Shown here: positions 38,205 to 43,757 of the stretch, piece by piece
How the letters are laid out: each line of letters opens with the position of its first letter
Numbering within the stretch: the stretch's first letter is position 1
IMG/VR virus record: IMGVR_UViG_2822494597_000001
DNA length: 64,000 nucleotides
Reading direction: 5' to 3' (one strand)
Origin: a virus
Program-made: the position numbers and the translations under genes
Notes under the pieces: generated by a model
What the model was told of the DNA's origin: nothing
Seen by the model: only the letters and a program-made list of their open reading frames with translations
Databases searched by the model: none

Positions 38205-38380
38205 TAAGTGTATTGACACAGGCTAATGCGTGAGTGCTCGTTCGATTCGAGAGAAAAGGTTTTACCTAAAAGAGTTGGTTCTACTTGCAATAATTTAGTC
38301 CATGGATGTGGGGTTCGAATCCTGAAATTAGAAGAATCATATTTTTCTATAGCGTGGGGCAGTCTGTGTGAGTACATTTA
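38205..38380 (+). ncRNA. Double-T-arm RNA, copy 2
   Basis: Same terminal stem; CTCG-TTCGATT-CGAG and GGG-TTCGAAT-CCT hairpins. Confidence 0.65.
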
Positions 38381-38395
38381 GTCTCAATTATTTAT

Positions 38396-38480
38396 GGTGT
38401 TTGTGGTGGAATTGGTAGACACGCCTAACTGTGGATTAGGTGGGAGAAATCCCTTGCAGGTTCAAATCCTGTCATTCACC
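38396..38480 (+). tRNA. tRNA-His (GTG) with long variable arm
   Basis: G-1:C73; CCTAA-CTGTGGA-TTAGG; variable arm GGGA-GAAA-TCCC; Leu-like D-arm. Confidence 0.8.
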
Positions 38481-38487
38481 CTTTTAT

Positions 38488-38587
38488 GCGGAAGTATCTC
38501 AATTGGTAGAGAAGCCAACCGTTTGGTGAAAGACCCATGAAGGAAACGAGGTAGGCAGGGTTGTAGGTTCGAGTCCTATCTTCCGAA
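38488..38587 (+). ncRNA. tRNA-shaped RNA with branched extended anticodon arm
   Basis: Gly-like 5' end GCGGAAGTA, D-arm TCTC/GAGA, canonical T-arm; about 45-nt structured insert in place of the anticodon arm. Confidence 0.65.
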
Positions 38588-38799
38588 AAGTATCATTCAA
38601 TTATCGAGGGCGGGTTATCCCGATAACAAACTGCATTATTAAGGACTTGTATCCTTATATTGATGACTGCCTCTAAATATGGTCGCTATCGCCATAAGTC
38701 GTGTCTCATGGTGTCACACAATGAACGAAGGTTAAGGGAAAAACTCAAAACCCGATAGCAAAAGACGTAAACTGTGACGAGTATATGTTTCTATATTAT

Positions 38800-38872
38800 G
38801 GGTCTGTAGTTCAATTGGGAGAACACCATCCTTGCAAGAAGACAGTTGTAGGTTCAAATCCTATCAGGTCCA
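38800..38872 (+). tRNA. tRNA-Ala (TGC)
   Basis: G3-U70, A73, loop CTTGCAA; weak anticodon stem. Confidence 0.75.
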
Positions 38873-38919
38873 CTTTCTAACAATAATAATTAGTAGAACA
38901 AACTTTTTAATAATTTTTA

Positions 38920-38948
38920 TTGACTATAGTTAATAAAAATGTTAATAT
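38920..38948 (+). promoter_or_regulatory. tRNA-array promoter 2 with TTGACT box
   Basis: TTGACTATAGTTAA; TTGACT-17-TAATAT. Confidence 0.75.
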
Positions 38949-39073
38949 ACTAATATAAGTTGTTAAAGATTCAGAACGATATCTACATGCTATTTACCTG
39001 CGATTAGTAGTGTGTAAACTAAACTTGTTCTGTCTCTCCTTTTTAATAGAGAGACTTACACTTTCTCTATTGT

Positions 39074-39146
39074 GGTTCAGTATCTCAGTTGGTAGAGAGA
39101 GCGTTTCATAGGCGTTAGGTCGGTGGTTCGAGTCCACCCTGAACCA
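39074..39146 (+). tRNA. tRNA-Met (CAT), elongator type
   Basis: AGCGT-TTCATAG-GCGTT; G1-C72; no three-GC initiator stem. Confidence 0.8.
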
Positions 39147-39155
39147 TCTTATTAT

Positions 39156-39232
39156 TCACCTGTAGCTCAGTTGGTTAGAGCAGTCGCCTGTTAAGCGAAA
39201 GGTCGTAGGTTCAAGTCCTACCTGGTGAGCCA
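39156..39232 (+). tRNA. tRNA-Asn (GTT)
   Basis: Loop CTGTTAA; U1-A72; G73; CCA. Confidence 0.92.
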
Positions 39233-39237
39233 TATAT

Positions 39238-39271
39238 GGTAATTGTGGGTTCAAATCCCATCATTACCACC
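39238..39271 (+). ncRNA. tRNA minihelix (acceptor stem plus T-arm only)
   Basis: GGTAATT-GTGGG-TTCAAAT-CCCAT-CATTACC-ACC. Confidence 0.5.
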
Positions 39272-39399
39272 TTTGACAATTCGACCATTAACAAAGAACG
39301 GAGAGATACGTTTGTTAACAGAGTCGCAAAAAACTTTGGGGTTGAGTTGATAGCCCGGTTGAATCTCAACTCACTCTCCTTACTACATTTTTAGGCTAT

Positions 39400-39476
39400 G
39401 GTGCATTGGAGCAGTTGGAGTGCTCGCTTGCCTGTCACGCAAGAGGTCACGGGTTCAAATCCCGTATGCACAGCCA
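39400..39476 (+). tRNA. tRNA-Asp (GTC), canonical loop
   Basis: CTTGC-CTGTCAC-GCAAG; G1-A72 mismatch; G73; CCA. Confidence 0.88.
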
Positions 39477-39482
39477 TATTAT

Positions 39483-39570
39483 TTCTGGATGGACAAATTG
39501 GTAAAGTCACCTGTCTTTGACACAGGCGTCAATATTGACATTGGAGGTTCGAAGCCTTCTCCAGAAGCCA
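39483..39570 (+). tRNA. tRNA-Gln (TTG) with long variable arm
   Basis: CCTGT-CTTTGAC-ACAGG; variable arm GTCA-ATAT-TGAC; U1-A72; G73; CCA. Confidence 0.8.
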
Positions 39571-39578
39571 TTCTTTAT

Positions 39579-39655
39579 CTGAGTAGACGTGGGCTTGGTT
39601 CACCACTCCCTTTGGAAGGGAGAATTCGTAGGTTCAAATCCTACTGCTCGGACCA
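39579..39655 (+). tRNA. tRNA-Pro (TGG), A37
   Basis: CTCCC-TTTGGAA-GGGAG; C1-G72; A73; CCA. Confidence 0.82.
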
Positions 39656-39659
39656 TTAC

Positions 39660-39748
39660 GGAAGGATACTCTAATTGGTAAGAGACCTGTCTTGAAAACA
39701 GGCGTGGACGTGAGGAGCGTTATGGGGGTTCAAGTCCCTCTCCTTCCG
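39660..39748 (+). tRNA. tRNA-Ser (TGA)
   Basis: CCTGT-CTTGAAA-ACAGG; long variable arm; G73. Confidence 0.9.
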
Positions 39749-39759
39749 CTTTATAACAT

Positions 39760-39819
39760 GCGAGAATTGTTTTTTCGATTTATAAAATTGAACTTGGGTT
39801 AGATTCCTAAGTCTCGCCA
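39760..39819 (+). pseudogene. Degenerate tRNA remnant
   Basis: GCGAGA/TCTCGC acceptor-like stem, TGGG-TTAGATT-CCTA T-like arm, ends GCCA; collapsed core. Confidence 0.4.
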
Positions 39820-39888
39820 AAATACGGCAAAGGACTCGCTATCTTTTGTGCGATATTAGGGTGTGAGGGTAGCTCCCTCACTACTTAT

Positions 39889-39965
39889 GGGGTATTGGTG
39901 AAGTTGGTTAACACATCCGACTTTCTATCGGAGATTCAGGGGTTCGAGTCCCCTATACCCTACCA
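39889..39965 (+). tRNA. tRNA-Glu (TTC), U37 variant
   Basis: TCCGA-CTTTCTA-TCGGA; G1-U72; CCA. Confidence 0.85.
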
Positions 39966-39970
39966 TTCAT

Positions 39971-40043
39971 GGGGATATAGTGTAGCGGTTTAACACGCTT
40001 GGCTGTCTACCAAGTAGCACGGGTTCAAATCCCGTTATCCTCG
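39971..40043 (+). tRNA. tRNA-Asp (GTC), U37 variant
   Basis: CTTGG-CTGTCTA-CCAAG; G73. Confidence 0.85.
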
Positions 40044-40178
40044 TTTAGGACTTAATACGTTTCTTTCTAATTAAGCACATATGAAGTGTAATAACTTGTA
40101 AGTGTCACTAATTATAGAAAGTTTTATGTTGCTTGGGTGTCCGACCTAAAAAAAAACGAAAATAACCCTTGTAACCAT

Positions 40179-40252
40179 GTCGCATTGGTGAAATTGGCTA
40201 ACACACTCGGCTTTCTACCGAGCATTCGCAGGTTCGAATCCTGTATGCGATG
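40179..40252 (+). tRNA. tRNA-Glu (TTC), U37 variant
   Basis: CTCGG-CTTTCTA-CCGAG; G1-U72. Confidence 0.85.
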
Positions 40253-40295
40253 TTCCACTTGGGCGTGTTTCCTTTTTAGGATAAAGTCTACGCTG

Positions 40296-40384
40296 AGTAA
40301 TCAGGCGGTCTAAGGTGAAACATCTTAGAAAAAATGAACTGGTATGTACCCGTGAACCCTAACACGTCAAATAGGGAGCTTATA
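40296..40384 (+). ncRNA. Unknown tRNA-proximal motif, copy A
   Basis: CGGTCTAAGGT...AAACATCTTAG...GTGAAnCCTAACACGTnAAATA...AGCTTATA, shared with 40532-40612. Confidence 0.5.
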
Positions 40385-40385
40385 T

Positions 40386-40457
40386 GGGAATATAGTGTAG
40401 TGGTAAACACGCCTGGCTGTCTACCAGGTAGCACGGGTTCAAATCCCGTTATTCTCG
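40386..40457 (+). tRNA. tRNA-Asp (GTC), U37 variant
   Basis: CCTGG-CTGTCTA-CCAGG; G73. Confidence 0.85.
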
Positions 40458-40531
40458 CTTAGTTTTAGAGCCATAACAAATGGCATAAGATGACTCTCAA
40501 TTATTTTCATGATTTAGTAGGTTATCTATTT

Positions 40532-40612
40532 AGTCAAGCAGACGGTCTAAGGTTAAAAACATCTTAGCGAAATGCGGTGAATCCTAACACGTTAAATAAA
40601 TGGAAGCTTATA
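40532..40612 (+). ncRNA. Unknown tRNA-proximal motif, copy B
   Basis: Homolog of 40296-40384. Confidence 0.5.
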
Positions 40613-40679
40613 AGGTGAACTGGAAATTGGAGACTGCGTGTAAAGCAGATACCGTAGGGTCAATTCCCTACCACCTTCT
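40611..40679 (+). pseudogene. Degenerate tRNA-Tyr-like (GTA) gene without long variable arm
   Basis: AAGGTG/CACCTT; CTGC-GTGTAAA-GCAG; T-loop GTCAATT; 2-bp D-stem. Confidence 0.45.
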
Positions 40680-40685
40680 TATCAT

Positions 40686-40767
40686 GCCGATTTAGCTTAG
40701 TGGTAAAGCGATTAGGAGTACTCATTAACATGACTATTGGACGTGGGTTCGATTCCTACATTCGGCT
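40686..40767 (+). ncRNA. tRNA-shaped RNA with enlarged anticodon arm
   Basis: GCCGATT/ATTCGGC, U73; D-arm GCTT/AAGC; canonical T-arm; 18-nt anticodon region containing TCAT-TAAC-ATGA. Confidence 0.6.
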
Positions 40768-40782
40768 TTTTAAACTTAATAT

Positions 40783-40853
40783 TACTGAGCATATGGGACC
40801 TTAAAAGTTATTAACTTTGACGGGAGTGAGTTCGATACTCACCTCAGTAACCA
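40783..40853 (+). ncRNA. D-armless tRNA-like RNA with encoded CCA
   Basis: TACTGAG/CTCAGTA-A-CCA; GTGAG-TTCGATA-CTCAC; core hairpin AAAGTT-ATT-AACTTT. Confidence 0.55.
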
Positions 40854-40856
40854 CAT

Positions 40857-40927
40857 GCGGTCATAGTGTAGTGGTAACATAACAGACTTCCAATCTGTTG
40901 TCACGGGTTCGAATCCCGTTGGTCGCT
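40857..40927 (+). tRNA. tRNA-Gly (TCC)
   Basis: ACAGA-CTTCCAA-TCTGT; U73. Confidence 0.9.
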
Positions 40928-41282
40928 TTATAAGAAGTATCCAAATCAGCAAATATTGCAGACCAGTTAGCAAAGGGTTACGTATTTATATATGGGCGCC
41001 TTTTGTTCGCAAGGATATATTCTTACAAAATTAGTTTGTAAGCTCTAAAAATCGGTGTTTCACTACCGTAAATGTGACCTATAGAGATTCCTTTTAAGGA
41101 CAATTTTAATGTGAGTGAGTCCTTATGCTTTTAAAAACTTGAATTGTTCTCACAAGCAATTCTACCCTCCAGGTCAAGTTTAGAGGTTTAGAGACCAGGC
41201 ATTTTTTTAGGCCTTTTTGCGCCAGTGCGAATTGCACATTTTTGGAGTTTTGAATGATAAAATCATTCTTGCTCCCTATCAT

Positions 41283-41355
41283 GGACGGTAATCTTGGTGG
41301 TGCGGGAGTGCGGTCTGCAAAACCGTAATGGACGGTTCGAATCCGTCACCGTTCT
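41283..41355 (+). tRNA. tRNA-Cys (GCA)
   Basis: GCGGT-CTGCAAA-ACCGT; U73; atypical D-arm. Confidence 0.8.
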
Positions 41356-41463
41356 TTAGCATTAACCTATGAATGTAGCGTGACACATTTTGCTGAATAG
41401 GGCGGTTGATAAATACTATTATCTATCCAGATTAGAGATTCCTTTCTAATCCGTCACAGAATC

Positions 41464-41544
41464 TCATAGAGGTAGACAAGGTTCTCTACACGCTTAGTAA
41501 TAACTAAGTTACCAGAGATGAGGGATATGCCGACCCTCCTATGA
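41464..41544 (+). ncRNA. Unknown four-way-junction motif, copy X
   Basis: TCATAG/CTATGA closing stem with GTAG/CTAC, CTTAGT/ACTAAG and GAGGG/CCCTC hairpins; homolog at 42838. Confidence 0.55.
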
Positions 41545-41554
41545 TTTTTATTTC

Positions 41555-41626
41555 ACCGATTTAGCTCAGTGGTAGAGCACCGTCTTGATAAGGCGTAGGT
41601 CAATGGTTCGAATCCGTTAGTCGGTA
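41555..41626 (+). tRNA. tRNA-Ile (GAT)
   Basis: Loop TTGATAA; A73. Confidence 0.88.
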
Positions 41627-41746
41627 TAGATTAAGAAAAGATGAAGAATAGATATCACTTTAGGTTGCAACCCTACTATTCGTGGGTTATATCCCTAACC
41701 TCTTCTTAATATTATTAAAACATTATAAATATATATTAAAGTTTAT

Positions 41747-41832
41747 GGCAGGATAGCAAAGTGGTTAAACGCAACGGACTGTAAATCCGTTCTCTTCGGA
41801 GTTCGGGGGTTCAAATCCCTCTCCTGCCCCCA
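41747..41832 (+). tRNA. tRNA-Tyr (GTA), C73
   Basis: ACGGA-CTGTAAA-TCCGT; long variable arm; CCA. Confidence 0.88.
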
Positions 41833-41835
41833 TAT

Positions 41836-41936
41836 GTGCCTTTAGCTTAATTGGTAGAGCCACGTAATTCTGTATATGACTCATTAGAGCATAAAACAGT
41901 CGTGAGGTCGGAGTTCGAATCTTCGATGGCACTCCA
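41836..41936 (+). ncRNA. tRNA-shaped RNA with long extended anticodon hairpin and CCA
   Basis: GTGCC/GGCAC acceptor, U73-CCA; D-arm GCTT/GAGC; CGGAG-TTCGAAT-CTTCG; arm ACG..CTGT..TATG..CTC-ATTA-GAG..CATA..ACAG..CGT. Confidence 0.7.
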
Positions 41937-41939
41937 TTC

Positions 41940-42012
41940 GCCAACTTAGCTCAGTAGGTAGAGCGATTGACTTGTAATCAATAGGTCGTAGGTTCGATTC
42001 CTACAGTTGGCA
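41940..42012 (+). tRNA. tRNA-Thr (TGT)
   Basis: ATTGA-CTTGTAA-TCAAT. Confidence 0.93.
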
Positions 42013-42136
42013 TTAGAACTTAATGAGTTTCTTTCTATCGGAAGGCACGGATAATGCCCTAATCCAAATATTCCAGTGAGAGTTTTATCTTCAAAAGGTG
42101 TTCGATTAAAAAACCAAATGAACCTTTTAGCCATAT

Positions 42137-42213
42137 GACGCATTGGTGAAACTGGCTAACACACTCGACTTTCTATCGAGCATTCAGGGGTTCGAATCCC
42201 CTATGCGTTGCCA
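42137..42213 (+). tRNA. tRNA-Glu (TTC), U37 variant
   Basis: CTCGA-CTTTCTA-TCGAG; G1-U72; CCA. Confidence 0.85.
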
Positions 42214-42223
42214 ATTTTATTAT

Positions 42224-42324
42224 CGGTTTGTGCACGTATGGAGTGCAAGAAGGAATTATAAATAAGACCAACGCTTGCGTGTCTATTTATCCTTTGGGAG
42301 AAGTTCAAGACTTCTACTTACCGT
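42224..42324 (+). ncRNA. tRNA-shaped RNA with long extended anticodon hairpin
   Basis: CGGTTTGT/ACTTACCG; D-like GCAC/GTGC; arm AAGG..ATAAAT..AGAC..ACGC-TT-GCGT-GTCT-ATTTAT-CCTT; AGAAG-TTCAAGA-CTTCT. Confidence 0.6.
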
Positions 42325-42378
42325 TTTTAATAAGTGAATTTTATTTTTGTAATTAATAATGATGAAGGAGTTGTTTTT

Positions 42379-42663
42379 ATGACACCTCATGTTGTTGCAA
42401 GTAACACGTTTGGATTTAAAGAAGATGAATCAGTTTTCATTGTTCCTGTAAAAGAACTGAATAAAGAATTGGTTTTATCAGTTACCAAGAACTTTTTAGC
42501 TTTTGGTCGTTCATCAAACGTAAAAGTTGTAATATTAGCCAATTCTATTGAAGAATTAAAAAATATTTTAACTGAAGAAGATTTTGATTTTGTTGTGGAA
42601 AATACATGTTCATTATTAAAGTCTTTCGAGTCATGGCGAGAACCTGAAAAATCATCTATTTAA
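42379..42663 (+). CDS. Hypothetical protein inside the tRNA array
   Basis: AAGGAG RBS before MTPHVV. Confidence 0.6.
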   Translation: MTPHVVASNTFGFKEDESVFIVPVKELNKELVLSVTKNFLAFGRSSNVKVVILANSIEELKNILTEEDFDFVVENTCSLLKSFESWREPEKSSI

Positions 42664-42837
42664 TTAGTTTCAAAACTTGAACTTTCTTCAATACTACTGA
42701 TACCACGTTGCTAACCTACCGCTATCAGTAGGAAAAACTTGTAGTTATAATAGCAGACTTGAAGAAGCTCTCTTCAGTAGGTGGAACTTCTTCTTATAAC
42801 GAAAGATTTCTAAGTTGGGAGTTTATAAGGAATCTAA

Positions 42838-42948
42838 GACTGTTGAGGTAGAACAGGTAGCTACACGCTTGAATATGTTTTGAACAGTTCGAGTCTTAAA
42901 AAGAGCTTAGTTGCTAAGAGATGTGGGATTACCACCCCACCAACAGTC
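42838..42948 (+). ncRNA. Unknown four-way-junction motif, copy Y
   Basis: GACTGTTG/CAACAGTC closing stem; GTAG/CTAC, CTTAG/CTAAG, GTGGG/CCCAC. Confidence 0.55.
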
Positions 42949-42957
42949 ACAACGATT

Positions 42958-43036
42958 GCTGTTGATTGGATTACATCTTTGCCATTGTTATAAAAGACAT
43001 GCAAATTTGTAGGAGGCTCGATTCCTCCCTTCAGCA
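42958..43036 (+). pseudogene. Degenerate class II (Leu-like) tRNA
   Basis: GCTG/CAGC-A acceptor; GGAGG-CTCGATT-CCTCC; poor anticodon arm. Confidence 0.4.
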
Positions 43037-43044
43037 TTTTATAT

Positions 43045-43116
43045 GGTTTGATAGCTGAGATGGATTAGCATCAGTTTGAAGCACTGAGGAGGTTGGTTCG
43101 ATTCCAACTCAAACCA
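43045..43116 (+). tRNA. tRNA-Phe (GAA)
   Basis: TCAGT-TTGAAGC-ACTGA; A73. Confidence 0.88.
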
Positions 43117-43271
43117 CTTTGAGGTTTTGGGCGATTCCCACTATATTTTGTAGAAATAATCGCTTTTGTTTATTCATGAAATTTTACTGTTTCGACAGTT
43201 TGGGGCTGTTGATTTACAGGTTTGAAAGTATTACATCTACGATTTTAATTAACAAAAAGGTGGTGTTTACC

Positions 43272-43424
43272 ATGGGAGCAACGTATCCAACTACAAAGGG
43301 TCAATGCATTAAAGCCTTAAAAGAAAAAGGCATTAATCGACATCCACAAGACCTTCGTAAATTAGAGTTACATAAGCATTCCGAAGTATTAAATGTATAC
43401 TTCAAATATGCTCACGCAGAATAA
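43272..43424 (+). CDS. Small basic protein, YflJ/DUF2639-like
   Basis: TKGQCIKALKEKGINRHP...RKLELHK pattern; AAGGTGG RBS. Confidence 0.5.
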   Translation: MGATYPTTKGQCIKALKEKGINRHPQDLRKLELHKHSEVLNVYFKYAHAE

Positions 43425-43457
43425 TTCGCTTTATCTATATAGATAAAGCTTCCCTAT

Positions 43458-43544
43458 GCGGAATAGTATAAGGTAGAACAGCTATTGGACGAGTATACAT
43501 ATATGCCGATAGAAGGGACGGTTCGATTCCGTTAATCCGCTCCA
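43458..43544 (+). ncRNA. Gly-body tRNA-shaped RNA with enlarged anticodon arm and CCA
   Basis: GCGGA/TCCGC-T-CCA; GACGG-TTCGATT-CCGTT; CTATTGG/CCGATAG stem with 17-nt loop. Confidence 0.62.
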
Positions 43545-43574
43545 ATTCAATTTATATAAAGTTGGTGTTTACTT

Positions 43575-43733
43575 ATGGATTTAAAGAAAAATAATAATGG
43601 TCGTTATTGGGCAAAGGCTTTAATTGGCTCAGTAGGATGTATCGCTGTTGCTACAACTGCATATTTACTACAAACAGCACATGCATTATGGGCTTTAGCA
43701 TTAGTGGGTTGGATTGTCGAGAAAATTGATTAA
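43575..43733 (+). CDS. Small membrane protein (52 aa)
   Basis: MDLKKNNNGRYWAKALIGSVGCIAV...; two hydrophobic stretches. Confidence 0.5.
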   Translation: MDLKKNNNGRYWAKALIGSVGCIAVATTAYLLQTAHALWALALVGWIVEKID

Positions 43734-43757
43734 TACATTTATACCTTTTAGCATTAT

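Noticed and set aside
38488-38587. Hammerhead ribozyme in the expanded anticodon arm (CGTT...GAAACG)
   Set aside because: Core would need CUGANGA and a stem II; the sequence has CCATGAAG directly before GAAAC
40261-40612. Pistol, hatchet or HDV/theta ribozyme assignment for the duplicated motif
   Set aside because: No pseudoknot partner plus GCG for pistol; word order is wrong for hatchet; no CC-containing L3 for an HDV-like fold. Left as unknown
41631-41710. Possible decayed tRNA-Cys (TAGG-TTGCAAC-CCTA)
   Set aside because: T-loop and D-arm too degenerate to support a call
42025-42133. Glu-loop remnant (CTTTCTATCGGA) and AAAAGG/CCTTTT stem ending AGCCA
   Set aside because: No coherent cloverleaf; probably debris
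36569-42143. ORF-track calls overlapping tRNAs (36569, 36807, 37150, 39420, 41946)
   Set aside because: They run through tRNA or structured-RNA genes, lack an RBS and have atypical composition
40935-42950. tmRNA, RNase P RNA, 6S RNA or group I/II intron
   Set aside because: No tag ORF with a tRNA-Ala-like end, no GAGGAAAGUCC, no P7 or domain V signature recognised by eye; an Rfam search is still needed
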